DNA from: a virus
Taxonomy: Duplodnaviria > Caudoviricetes
IMG/VR virus record: IMGVR_UViG_3300020404_001222
Location: 1 to 25,803 of that record
Strand: one strand, 5' to 3'
DNA: 25,803 nt
Shown: positions 16,172 to 25,122 of the stretch, in pieces
Layout: each line of letters opens with the position of its first letter
Position numbering within the stretch: the first letter of the stretch is position 1
The notes under the pieces: generated by a model
Seen by the model: the letters and a program-made list of their open reading frames with translations, nothing else
What the model was told of the DNA's origin: nothing
The model's database searches: none
Translations under genes and position numbers: made by a program

Positions 16172-17496
16172 TTTCTTCCGTATGTATCCCTCACTACTTT
16201 TAACTTTGTATAAGAACCTTTTCCATCAAAGAAGTGACATAATTCCTTTATCATATATAGACCACTAGATTCAGGATCAGGTTCTTTTCTTTTAGCCTTA
16301 TCAATTCTTGGAAACTCGCATCTTATTACAGTTCCAGCAAAAAGTGCTGTATTAGATGGTATCAATATTTCTAATGTTTGTGTGAATAATTGGTTATATC
16401 TCATCATTGATTGTGCATGAATCCTTGCAGGATCAGCATTTCTTGTTGCTGGTGTATCCCAACCTTTATCATCTGCATCTCTTTCAATTGTACCAACATC
16501 TAACATAGCAGTAAATATTCGACTTGGCAATTCTCCAATGTCCTTTCCACTTTTATCAATCCTAAACAAATTTATGATTCTTTCACCAAGAGTCGTTATT
16601 TTGCTTACATAATCATTTTTCTTAAAAATTCGATTTGTATTTGGTTTAAATGATACTGGATTTATATAATATCTCTCACTAGCATAAGCACCTCTTTCTA
16701 ATTTTCCTAATAAGTCTTGGTTTCTATCTAAGGTATATTCTAAAATCTTAAAGTCTTTCCTTGGATCTGCAATATTAATAATTGCTGGAGTATATGCAAA
16801 AGTTTCTGGATATGGTTCCTGACTCATTAGATTATCAATTGACTTAAAGTTAAATCCATCTTGATTCTCAAAAAATAAAAATCCAGCACTTGAATCTTGC
16901 TTACCTACCTTTGACACTGATTTTGATGCTAGCCAAGTTATAATAGTAAATGGTTTTTTCATATTACCTATGAATCCATATTGATTTTGAGTTTCATCTA
17001 TCTCCATTATCTTATTAGGTGATTTAAGATAATTTTTTATTATATCTTTAACAGAGTCAGAAATTTTTTGTGAAGATGGGAACTTCTTACCAACTCTAGA
17101 AGTTTGATTAGACAAAGCTTCTCTTGAGCAGAGATTTAATACAAATGACTCTGATTCGGGTGATATTAAGACATTTGTTATAGATGAAACGTAGAAATAT
17201 CTCTCTTCATCATCTGAAAAATCTAGTCCAACATTATTCTTAGAATTAGCAGCTATCTTTATTATTACTCTCTCACCACCTCTTAAGGGTAAACCATTAT
17301 AGATTGATTGAGGGATTCCTTTATCATCTTCAACTGTGTTTCCAGTATTAACAATAATCGCTCTTGCAGTAATATAAGGTGAAAAAATATTTTCAAAGTA
17401 TGAAAATTCAATTACACCAGAGGCAATATCCACAGTTTTCCCATCAATCGACTCAACGATAAACTTTTCATATATTGACTTATCTATTGCTGCCAT
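16168..17496 (-). CDS. Baseplate hub protein, gp27/VgrG-N-like
   Basis: YFENIFSPYITA, LPLRGGERV, GFLFFENQDGFNFKSID and SGLYMIKELCHFF are hub-like motifs. Lies between the tape-measure-like genes and gp5 (ATGA overlap). Confidence 0.6.
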   Translation of the reverse strand: MAAIDKSIYEKFIVESIDGKTVDIASGVIEFSYFENIFSPYITARAIIVNTGNTVEDDKGIPQSIYNGLPLRGGERVIIKIAANSKNNVGLDFSDDEERYFYVSSITNVLISPESESFVLNLCSREALSNQTSRVGKKFPSSQKISDSVKDIIKNYLKSPNKIMEIDETQNQYGFIGNMKKPFTIITWLASKSVSKVGKQDSSAGFLFFENQDGFNFKSIDNLMSQEPYPETFAYTPAIINIADPRKDFKILEYTLDRNQDLLGKLERGAYASERYYINPVSFKPNTNRIFKKNDYVSKITTLGERIINLFRIDKSGKDIGELPSRIFTAMLDVGTIERDADDKGWDTPATRNADPARIHAQSMMRYNQLFTQTLEILIPSNTALFAGTVIRCEFPRIDKAKRKEPDPESSGLYMIKELCHFFDGKGSYTKLKVVRDTYGRK

Positions 17497-18917
17497 TAGA
17501 TATTAAGTATAATAGATTGTATTTGATCCATAGTTTTATCATCTTTGTTCATCATAAACATTGATGATAAGTTACTACTATTTACCCCACCAGATGATAT
17601 TGACTTAGAATTATTACCACCTTCACTCATATTATTAATTAAAATTGTTGTTGATGGTCTATCTGTTTGAATATTAGTTTCACTAAATTTTTTTAATCCA
17701 TCAACATCTATCAAATCTAAACTACTAGATCCAAATCCATCAAACATATTTTCAGTTGACATCTCATTTGAGACACTCTTATTTTGATTTCCTTTTAATG
17801 ATTCTAATAGTGTATTTCTATTTTCATCAGCTTTCGCTTTTAATATTTCCTTTTCCTTTGCAATACTTGAAGATATTTTATCAACATTTTCTTTTCCTGC
17901 AGATTCTTTCTCTCCTTTTTTTCCTAAGAAATTTTTCACAAATTTATTTAAGTTACTTAAAAATCCCTGCGATTCTCTTTCATCTCCATCATTTTCACTT
18001 GCACCTGTCATTCCATCAGGTTGTTGTCTAGTAAGATTATCACCACCTAAATTATTGGGAGTTGGGGTGATTAATTCGGTTTCATCCTCAACATTTTCAT
18101 TATCATCATCACCAGGACTTAAATTCAAGTTTGCGTCTGTCGCAGTAAATTTTTCTAATTCTTGATTTTGTTTATTAGAATCTTTTTCTATATTATTTTC
18201 ATCTTGTTTATTATTTTCATCACCTTTTTGATCTTGTTCAAGATTATCAAATTCAGTTAAGACAGGAACATTTTGACCTGCCTCCTTATCAACTGTTTTT
18301 GTAAATCTAACTCCTGCTAAAAATAATTCTTGATTAACTACTTGTAATGAATTCGCAGTTCTATCTAATTCTTGTTTTACTGTTCTGTCTTCCTCTTGAA
18401 TATCTATCCCTCTTATTCTATCAATAACACCAAATATCCCCTCCTGAAATGATACAAGAAAATCAGCTATACCGTCTGTAAAAAATCTCAGCACTTGAAG
18501 TGTTTTACCAATTAATTTAAATAAGAACTCAAATTTTCTTAGTATATTTGGTAATTGTAAAGTAAAAAATCCTAACAATGATATTGCGAAGAAATCTAAA
18601 ATTCTTCCTAAGAATCCTCTTGTGCTTCGAGCAACTAAACTTCCTGTTTGTTTTAATATACCACCAGAACTAGATGCCTCAAGTTCATCCTCTCTCTGTC
18701 TTCTTTTTACATTCTCTCTTCTTCTTGCAAAAAAATCACCGTCCTTTCTTATAAGTGTTCTTTTAAATTTATTGCTCTCTTCTGTTTGTGAAACTATATT
18801 AGCAGCTGATTTCTGAGACTTCTTTAATCCTTCGCCAAATGAAGTGACAGATGATTGAATAGTTTTAATACTCAATGATGATTTTAATGCAGATTGTCTT
18901 CTAGCTTCGATTGACAT
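17496..18917 (-). CDS. Tape-measure-like protein (paralog B, 473 aa)
   Basis: N-terminal coiled coil, amphipathic/hydrophobic GFLGRILDFFAISLLGFF, and a low-complexity C-terminal half. N-terminal architecture matches the upstream 530-aa ORF. Confidence 0.5.
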   Translation of the reverse strand: MSIEARRQSALKSSLSIKTIQSSVTSFGEGLKKSQKSAANIVSQTEESNKFKRTLIRKDGDFFARRRENVKRRQREDELEASSSGGILKQTGSLVARSTRGFLGRILDFFAISLLGFFTLQLPNILRKFEFLFKLIGKTLQVLRFFTDGIADFLVSFQEGIFGVIDRIRGIDIQEEDRTVKQELDRTANSLQVVNQELFLAGVRFTKTVDKEAGQNVPVLTEFDNLEQDQKGDENNKQDENNIEKDSNKQNQELEKFTATDANLNLSPGDDDNENVEDETELITPTPNNLGGDNLTRQQPDGMTGASENDGDERESQGFLSNLNKFVKNFLGKKGEKESAGKENVDKISSSIAKEKEILKAKADENRNTLLESLKGNQNKSVSNEMSTENMFDGFGSSSLDLIDVDGLKKFSETNIQTDRPSTTILINNMSEGGNNSKSISSGGVNSSNLSSMFMMNKDDKTMDQIQSIILNI

Positions 18918-20509
18918 TAATTACTCCCCACATTATAAAATGATCTTGATACTCCAATAAACTGATTAGCGAAATCTGCTGATGGTATAATTGGAAGTTC
19001 AACCGCTTGTTTTTTTGATGTGCTTACGACTGAATTGTTAGAACCAGAGTTTGTTGGTGTATTTCCAACATTAACAACATTTGTTCTATCTGCCATATTA
19101 GATATGTTATTAGCAATGTTAGATCCATCTTTACTTACACCTATTATTGCATCACTTGCGGTAAAATTCGCAGTAACATTTGACGAATCTCCTGTGTTAC
19201 TTACTTTTTGTGTCTTTTCTAGGTTGTCTTTTACACCTTCAATAGGTGTCCCACCATCTTCAATATCCTTATCTTGAATAGCAGCGTCAACTATTGCTTC
19301 AGTCGTTAACTCTGCAGCCGTTGGTATTGCAAAAAGTGCTGCTAATGATACTATACCACCTACTGTTGTAGTTGGTTCTGGTAATAAAATTAAACCAATT
19401 GAAGCAAGTATACTTGCAATCGCACCTGCACCTTGTTTGATTCCCTCTTTCTTTACATTTTCCTTAGTGGCTCTACCTTCCTCAATTAATTTTTGTTTCT
19501 CTTCATTAAACTCCTGTCTAGCAAATACAATATCTAATGAAGCAGCAACTCCATTAAGAAAATTAGTGCCGAATTTAAATGCTTTTCCTAATTGTGTTTT
19601 AGGAGTAGAAGCGGCAGGAAGTCCTAATAATTTACCAGCTTTTGGTGCTTGTGTGCCAAGTATACCACCACCTGTTCCTATAGCTACATCAGAAGCTGTT
19701 ACATCACTTGTTCCCCCATCGTCTTCCCCTCCTGATCCACCTGGATCGGTCAATGCCTTAAATGCATTCACTACACCATTTTTAAGAGCTTTTTTAAATT
19801 TTGCTACTGCTCGTGCGATAAAAGCACCAAGGATAAGAAACGGTGCAGCTATAACACCTTTAGCTCCTAATATTAATGCCTTCGCTCCTATACCTAATGC
19901 TAATGCTTTTATTTTAGCAATAGCAAAACCTACACCTAAGAGTAGTGTTCCAGCAAATAATAATTGAGATAAAAATTTTCTCTTAAATTCTCCTAAAGCT
20001 TTTTGATTACCTTCTTGATTTAATTTTAAGAACTCAAATGTTTTCCCAGTTAACCAACCACCAGCAAGTATAAGTAAAAAGTTTGCTAATTTTGATAATA
20101 TCCCCTGTGCTTTCTGTGCAACTTTTCTAACAGGAAATAATAATGCACCTTGTATCTTCTTTTCTAATTCACTCTCCTTTCCTTCTCTTAACCCTTGCTC
20201 TGCTAATTGCCTTTCCCTATTTTGTTTCGCTGCTTCTCTCTGTCTCTCTAAATTATCACTAACTGCTAAATTCTGTTGTATAGAACCAAGTGAGGTATTT
20301 AATTGTTGAACTTGACCAGAAATATTTGCTAATTGATTTGATACATTTGATAATGATAATGAATTTTGTGTCAATAGTTGAGTTGTTTGAGGATCTGGTT
20401 TTGCAGGAGCCATGGCACGACCAGTAAAGACACCAGAAGATACACTTCTTCTGATACCTCTTAATCCTCCCGCTATTGGAGAAGCTAGTCCTTGCTGTTC
20501 CTCATCCAT
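18917..20509 (-). CDS. Tape-measure-like protein (paralog A, 530 aa; gp29-like role inferred)
   Basis: Coiled-coil N-terminus and several Ala/Gly-rich hydrophobic helices (LLFAGTLLLGVGFAIA; IASILASIGLILLP...). Located right after gp26/gp51. Confidence 0.55.
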   Translation of the reverse strand: MDEEQQGLASPIAGGLRGIRRSVSSGVFTGRAMAPAKPDPQTTQLLTQNSLSLSNVSNQLANISGQVQQLNTSLGSIQQNLAVSDNLERQREAAKQNRERQLAEQGLREGKESELEKKIQGALLFPVRKVAQKAQGILSKLANFLLILAGGWLTGKTFEFLKLNQEGNQKALGEFKRKFLSQLLFAGTLLLGVGFAIAKIKALALGIGAKALILGAKGVIAAPFLILGAFIARAVAKFKKALKNGVVNAFKALTDPGGSGGEDDGGTSDVTASDVAIGTGGGILGTQAPKAGKLLGLPAASTPKTQLGKAFKFGTNFLNGVAASLDIVFARQEFNEEKQKLIEEGRATKENVKKEGIKQGAGAIASILASIGLILLPEPTTTVGGIVSLAALFAIPTAAELTTEAIVDAAIQDKDIEDGGTPIEGVKDNLEKTQKVSNTGDSSNVTANFTASDAIIGVSKDGSNIANNISNMADRTNVVNVGNTPTNSGSNNSVVSTSKKQAVELPIIPSADFANQFIGVSRSFYNVGSN

Positions 20510-20681
20510 TCCGTTCTTGCTGTGCCTTTAGATTTTCCTCTTCAACGTATTGTTGGAGTAGTGAAACATAAATTTCCCTCTCCCACGGTATCATATTCTC
20601 TAGTTCAGTTAAACTGTATTTATGGTGTTGCATTAAGGCAAAATTTAACTTATAGTATGACGCAAGGTCTTCATGTGCCAT
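20502..20681 (-). CDS. gp51: gp51-like baseplate hub assembly catalyst (59 aa)
   Basis: Below the ORF-track cutoff. Manual translation: MAHEDLASYYKLNFALMQHHKYSLTELENMIPWEREIYVSLLQQYVEEENLKAQQERNG*. The YSLxExENMxPWERxIY motif is characteristic. Confidence 0.9.
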   Translation of the reverse strand: MAHEDLASYYKLNFALMQHHKYSLTELENMIPWEREIYVSLLQQYVEEENLKAQQERNG

Positions 20682-20696
20682 ACTTATCCGAAAAAA
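20654..20696 (-). other. Candidate -1 programmed ribosomal frameshift element (slippery heptamer plus 3' hairpin)
   Basis: mRNA reads CAG AAU UUU UUC GGA UAA GUAUGGCACA UGAAGACCU UGCGUCAUAC U. In-frame U UUU UUC at 20696-20690. The -1 frame UUU CGG AUA AGU AUG enters gp51. A hairpin at 20684-20654 begins 5-6 nt downstream. Confidence 0.65.
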
Positions 20697-21403
20697 TTCT
20701 GTAAACCCTCTATTACAATATCACTTTCAACACCTGTATTTGGATTTTTAACCTTCACCTTATGTGATAATTTAGGCATTGTCTCAAAGAAATTTTCAAC
20801 TTCCTTAAATTGCTTAGAATTTAATTGTTCGACAAAATCGTTGAGTTCTTTTTTTGTACATTCAGTAGATGACCAAGATTCTTCATCAGAATAAACTTGA
20901 TCTATACAAGACGCTATCAGATCAAATGTATCATCTACTTTCATTTCTTCAACAGAACTAAAATTAGTTTTAATGAATTCATTCAGTGATGGATATCTCA
21001 TTCTCATCGAAAACTCATCATCTAATTTAATATCAGTCGTATGTTTCTTATCCTTTTTGACCTTTATGCTATCAATGTTGATAGACGTAGGGACTTGTGT
21101 TTTTCCATCATCAGGACAAGTGACCATAACTTCAATCTGTTCACCTACAGATTTACCACGAATATTTAAGAAAAGATATTCAATATCAAAAGTAGATAAT
21201 TTTTCTATTTTTATACCTCTGGTCAAAATACATTTCGCTAAAACATCTTTAACTGCATTAGCAATTTGTTGTGCATCTTGAGATTCCATCGCTAAGATTA
21301 AAATCTTTTCTTCCTTAACAAGGAATGGTCTAAATTTAATTTTACGATTAGATGAAGGTAAAGTCAACTCATAAGATGGAGTTGATATGGTTGGTAATGG
21401 CAT
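20684..21403 (-). CDS. gp26: Baseplate hub assembly protein gp26
   Basis: MPLPTISTPSYELTLPS...FRPFLVKEEKIL...FDIEYLFLNIRGKSVGE...MRYP...FFETMPKL...EGLQNFF is the T4-like gp26 family signature. Confidence 0.92.
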   Translation of the reverse strand: MPLPTISTPSYELTLPSSNRKIKFRPFLVKEEKILILAMESQDAQQIANAVKDVLAKCILTRGIKIEKLSTFDIEYLFLNIRGKSVGEQIEVMVTCPDDGKTQVPTSINIDSIKVKKDKKHTTDIKLDDEFSMRMRYPSLNEFIKTNFSSVEEMKVDDTFDLIASCIDQVYSDEESWSSTECTKKELNDFVEQLNSKQFKEVENFFETMPKLSHKVKVKNPNTGVESDIVIEGLQNFFG

Positions 21404-21428
21404 AATAACTTAAGCACTTCAGTATCAC

Positions 21429-21434
21429 TATTTA
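21429..21434 (-). promoter_or_regulatory. T4-type late promoter (CTAAATA) for the gp26 operon
   Basis: Intergenic TAAATA on the minus strand, 25 nt upstream of the ATG at 21403. Confidence 0.7.
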
Positions 21435-21455
21435 GTGGGTTTTTTCAGGTTTGTT

Positions 21456-22280
21456 TTATACTGATCTACCTTCAGAAACTATTTGCGATCTCGTCGATTC
21501 TCTTAGATATCCATCAGCATCACGGATAACATTAGTATTACTGTTTAGTATCTGTGTTCCAGATGTAGCAGCATTAAGTTTATTATTGAAGGTATAGATA
21601 TTCGTATCACCCTTATCAGGATTATATCCACCACCTGAAGTATTATTCAAGTTAAATGCTTTACCTAATAATCTAGCGAGAGATGAAGATTCTCCACAAA
21701 TATATCTGTCAAAACTAAAAGTGCATTGTGCTTTTAGAACCTGTGAATTATTATATGAAACTCTTAATGATGTAAGATTAATTGGAAACATACCAATAAA
21801 TCGATATTCAATAAATTTATTATGATCTCTCTCAAACTTAACTACTCTTGTTTCATTCGATTTATATAATGATGGATAGTTCATTCTAAAATAATATGCA
21901 TCACCTGATGGATCTTCTTCTGATCCAAAAGTTGTGTAATCCATCCAATGTTCAAGAAACTTCAGTGATTTATATTCGTTATCTACATAAAACTCAAAGT
22001 TTATTTGAGTAAAATTACGAGTGTGAGCAAATCTTTCAATGACACCTTGATAATCACCAGCAGTATTAATTGTCGCTAAAGCACTACCTGGTAGAACTGC
22101 ATCACTACATAGTAATCCAACATCATCACCCACAAATCTATCATTAACACCTCTTCTTCGCAAATGTCTTCTCAGTCCACCATTTGGTAGAGCGAACTTA
22201 ACAAGAAATTGGGATGTCTGTGCTACATTCTGTATTTTAGGAAGTATATCCGATATTTGTCTTGGTCTTGGTGCTGGCAC
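21456..22280 (-). CDS. Tail-tube-fold baseplate protein (gp54-like tube initiator / gp19 family)
   Basis: GTG start. LLCSDAVLPG, FEFYVD, FLEHWMD and YRFIGMFPINLTSLRVSY...CTFSF are gp19/gp54 tube-fold motifs. Confidence 0.65.
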   Translation of the reverse strand: MPAPRPRQISDILPKIQNVAQTSQFLVKFALPNGGLRRHLRRRGVNDRFVGDDVGLLCSDAVLPGSALATINTAGDYQGVIERFAHTRNFTQINFEFYVDNEYKSLKFLEHWMDYTTFGSEEDPSGDAYYFRMNYPSLYKSNETRVVKFERDHNKFIEYRFIGMFPINLTSLRVSYNNSQVLKAQCTFSFDRYICGESSSLARLLGKAFNLNNTSGGGYNPDKGDTNIYTFNNKLNAATSGTQILNSNTNVIRDADGYLRESTRSQIVSEGRSV

Positions 22281-22313
22281 TCTAAATAAAATTACATATC
22301 ATACCTATTTAGA
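22281..22313. promoter_or_regulatory. Pair of oppositely oriented late promoters forming an 8-bp inverted repeat
   Basis: TCTAAATA (22281-22288, plus strand, toward gp4) and TATTTAGA (22306-22313, TAAATA on the minus strand, toward the gp54-like gene) in a 32-bp intergenic gap. Confidence 0.75.
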
Positions 22314-22747
22314 TGTCTTACAAGGGAAAATACTATCCCTCCTATCCTCGAAAGTATAAAGGTGATCCTACAAATATCATTTATAGATCACTGTGGGAAA
22401 GAAAGTTTATGGTTTATTGTGATAAGAATGACAATATATTAGAGTGGGCAAGTGAAGAAATTGCAATACCTTATCGTTCACCCGTTGATAATCGGGTGCA
22501 TCGTTACTTTCCAGACTTTTATATGAAAGTGAAAGAAAGAGGTGGTAAAATCAAAAGATATGTAATTGAAGTAAAACCAGCAAAGCAAACAAAACCACCA
22601 GTGAAACCAAAGAGACAGACAAAAGGTTATATTCGTGAAGCATATGAATATGCAAAGAACCAAGCGAAATGGAAAATGGCACGGGAGTTCTGTGCTGACC
22701 GTCAGTGGGAGTTCAAGGTTGTTACAGAAAAAGAGTTAGGAATATGA
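22313..22747 (+). CDS. gp4: Head completion nuclease gp4
   Basis: YKG...KYKGDPTNIIYRSLWE...WASEEIAIPY...HRYFPDF...IEVKP...NQAKW...F.VVTE is the gp4 (TnsA-like PD-(D/E)xK) signature. Confidence 0.95.
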   Translation: MSYKGKYYPSYPRKYKGDPTNIIYRSLWERKFMVYCDKNDNILEWASEEIAIPYRSPVDNRVHRYFPDFYMKVKERGGKIKRYVIEVKPAKQTKPPVKPKRQTKGYIREAYEYAKNQAKWKMAREFCADRQWEFKVVTEKELGI

Positions 22748-23091
22748 GTCGCATCGACCCAATAATGAAAAATCTCATCGGAACAGAAAACCCTGATGAT
22801 TTAGCACAGGAAATTCTTGGTGTGTTAACTGAAGGGAGTAATGTACCAGAGGAAGGAAACTACTATGTATTTGTATACAGACCGAAAACTCCAAACATCA
22901 GATATGATGCACACCCTCTTGTTGCAGTTACTGATGTTTTTCAGTGGGGGTTCAAGGGAATAAATTTTCACTGGGGTGAAATGAGGCAATATACATTTCC
23001 AGAAGTGGTGGGGGGATTATATAAAGTTGATGAAATGGAACTTAGAGATTTAAGAACAATTCCATTTGGTAGAATACGTCTAAATAGTTGA
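22744..23091 (+). CDS. DNA end protector gp2-like protein, short cyanophage form (115 aa)
   Basis: True start is probably the ATG at 22744 (ATGA overlap with the gp4 stop), not 22705. YVFVYRPKT..YDAHPLV..GFKGINFHW resembles the gp2 core, and it is adjacent to gp4. Confidence 0.6.
   Translation: MSRIDPIMKNLIGTENPDDLAQEILGVLTEGSNVPEEGNYYVFVYRPKTPNIRYDAHPLVAVTDVFQWGFKGINFHWGEMRQYTFPEVVGGLYKVDEMELRDLRTIPFGRIRLNS
23081..23086 (+). promoter_or_regulatory. T4-type late promoter (CTAAATA) for gp48/gp53
   Basis: TAAATA at the end of the gp2-like gene, 28 nt upstream of the ATG at 23115. Confidence 0.6.
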
Positions 23092-23114
23092 TAATGGAAA
23101 AATAATAATAATAA

Positions 23115-24368
23115 ATGTCTTTATCAGACTCAAAATTAAAAGCCGCATATCTGAGTTCAGAAGCTGCAAATCCAAACCAGTTTCTGGGTAATTACAAACC
23201 AGATTCTACAGGGACGAGTGTAGGTAATAATCAAAATGACTCAACAAAAACAACTGTAAATAATTATAAGAAAAATCCAAAATTTAAGGGTGAAGGTGGT
23301 GTTTCTAGTGATGCATCAGGTGCATTCTATCTATCATATCCAATTGCAAGAACACCATCAGAATCGACTGGAGATACTTTACTAATAAAATGTATTGAAT
23401 ATCAACCACCAGAAAGTGGTTTGGGACTCACTGCAAATGTTTCAAATTTAATGGGAGAGAGAGTTATTAAAGGTGAAACAAAAAACGTAGTAATAGGAAT
23501 GGAAGAGAGAAAAAATGAATTTATGAATGATGGAAAGAAAAATCCATATTTTAATAAGGTTCCAAAAGTAGATGTTGATTTCACCAGTGGTCATCAAAGG
23601 ATGACAGAAAAACAAAAAATAAAATTCTACATTGAATTACCTGCACCACAAGAAATAAATGATTCTCAAAGTGTAACTTGGGGGGAAGATACTATAAATG
23701 CACTTGAACTTGCAGGTTTAGCTGTTGCTGAAGAAGTAATGACTGGAGGTGGAGGAGTTGATCAAGCACAACAAGCACTTTCATTGTTTAGACAAAATGC
23801 AGACTTCGGTAATTTACCAGGAGACATTTCAAGAATTGTAAGAGCATCAATATCAGGTGCAGCTATTGGAGCGTTAGGTTCTAATGTATCTCAAAGAAGT
23901 ATAATTGGAAGGTCAACTGGTCAAATTCTAAACTCAAATACAGAATTACTATTTCAAGGAGTAAATTTACGTTCATTCCCATTTAATGTTACTTTTACTC
24001 CAAGAGATCCAGCAGAGATGAAAGTAGTAAAACAAATTATTAGAAATCTAAAACAAGCAATGTCTCCACAAGCAGGTGATTTTAATGGTTCATCAGCAAC
24101 TGGAATGTTTCTAAAAGCACCTCACGTTTTTTCTTTACGATATATGCATCATAAAGATGGCAAAAAAGTAGATCATCCTTTCTTAAATAGTTTTAAGATA
24201 TGTGCGTTAACAGGACTATCAGTTAATTATACTAACGCAGGAACATACGCAACATATTCAGATGGAACACCTGTAGCGATGAGATTAAGTATGACCTTTA
24301 AAGAAATCAATCCAATTTATAATGAAGATTATGCAACAAAAGAAGGCAGTGTAGGAGTTGGATACTAA
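23115..24368 (+). CDS. gp48: Baseplate tail tube cap gp48
   Basis: IELPAP..I.DSQSVTW, NSNTELLFQGVNLRSFPF..FTPR..E..V..II..LK, FLKAPHVF, CALTGLSVNY, P..M.LSMTFKE. Confidence 0.88.
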   Translation: MSLSDSKLKAAYLSSEAANPNQFLGNYKPDSTGTSVGNNQNDSTKTTVNNYKKNPKFKGEGGVSSDASGAFYLSYPIARTPSESTGDTLLIKCIEYQPPESGLGLTANVSNLMGERVIKGETKNVVIGMEERKNEFMNDGKKNPYFNKVPKVDVDFTSGHQRMTEKQKIKFYIELPAPQEINDSQSVTWGEDTINALELAGLAVAEEVMTGGGGVDQAQQALSLFRQNADFGNLPGDISRIVRASISGAAIGALGSNVSQRSIIGRSTGQILNSNTELLFQGVNLRSFPFNVTFTPRDPAEMKVVKQIIRNLKQAMSPQAGDFNGSSATGMFLKAPHVFSLRYMHHKDGKKVDHPFLNSFKICALTGLSVNYTNAGTYATYSDGTPVAMRLSMTFKEINPIYNEDYATKEGSVGVGY

Positions 24369-25093
24369 TGGGATATTTTAGAGAGTTACCAAACATATTA
24401 TATCAATCTCCTCTTGGACATAAAAACTCCTCGTTTGACTATATCGAAATAAAGAATATTTTTCGTAGAGCTAAACTATCAGATTTTTTAGGTGAAAGCG
24501 TTACATTATTCAATAAGTATATTATTAAAGATGGTGATAGACCTGATACGATAGCTGATGATCTTTATAACGATACTACACTAGATTATATTGTTATTCT
24601 GGTTGCAGGAATTACTAATATACAACACGAATGGCCACTACAGGATTTTCAGATGTATGAATATGCTTTACAAAAGTATGGTAGTGAAGAGAAAATGAAT
24701 GAGATACATCATTATGAAACTCTTGAAATATTAGATAGTCAAAATCGTCAAATACTCGCATCAGGTCTCAAAGTTGATGTAAATTTCAAGATTGATGGTT
24801 CATCAATTAAGTTCCCTCCCAATCGTTATACTTTAGTTTCTGGAGATGGTAATCGACAATTAGATGATAAGTCAGAATTTAGTGTTACTGTCGATAAGAT
24901 TGCTACACCTGTCACTAATTTTGAGTTTGAGGTAATAAAAAATGAGGAGAAAAGAGAGATAGATGTATTACAAGGAGAGTTTGTTCAGCAATTTATAAAT
25001 GATTTAAGGGATGTTGTAAAATACGATAAGAGAACTTCATCTGCTTTATCAGGTGAATTATCATCGACTGAGAATACAAATATAATTCCATAA
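24368..25093 (+). CDS. gp53: Baseplate wedge subunit gp53
   Basis: MGYFRELPNI.Y, KNIFRR, YIIKDGDRPDTIADDLY, EWP, IHHYET, VTNFEFE..NEEKREI. TAATG overlap with gp48. Confidence 0.9.
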   Translation: MGYFRELPNILYQSPLGHKNSSFDYIEIKNIFRRAKLSDFLGESVTLFNKYIIKDGDRPDTIADDLYNDTTLDYIVILVAGITNIQHEWPLQDFQMYEYALQKYGSEEKMNEIHHYETLEILDSQNRQILASGLKVDVNFKIDGSSIKFPPNRYTLVSGDGNRQLDDKSEFSVTVDKIATPVTNFEFEVIKNEEKREIDVLQGEFVQQFINDLRDVVKYDKRTSSALSGELSSTENTNIIP

Positions 25094-25116
25094 AAAAAGG
25101 GGGTCGTTTGACCCCC
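25092..25116 (-). terminator. Rho-independent terminator of gp32, between convergent genes
   Basis: Minus strand GGGGGTC-AAAC-GACCCCC followed by T7. Perfect 7-bp stem just after the gp32 stop. Confidence 0.9.
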
Positions 25117-25122
25117 GTATAA

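Noticed and set aside
19020-21281. Plus-strand ORFs opposite the tape-measure-like genes, gp51 and gp26
   Set aside because: Antisense shadows of well-supported minus-strand genes.
22705-22743. ORF-track start for the gp2-like gene at 22705
   Set aside because: It overlaps gp4 by 43 nt; the ATG at 22744 gives the usual ATGA coupling.
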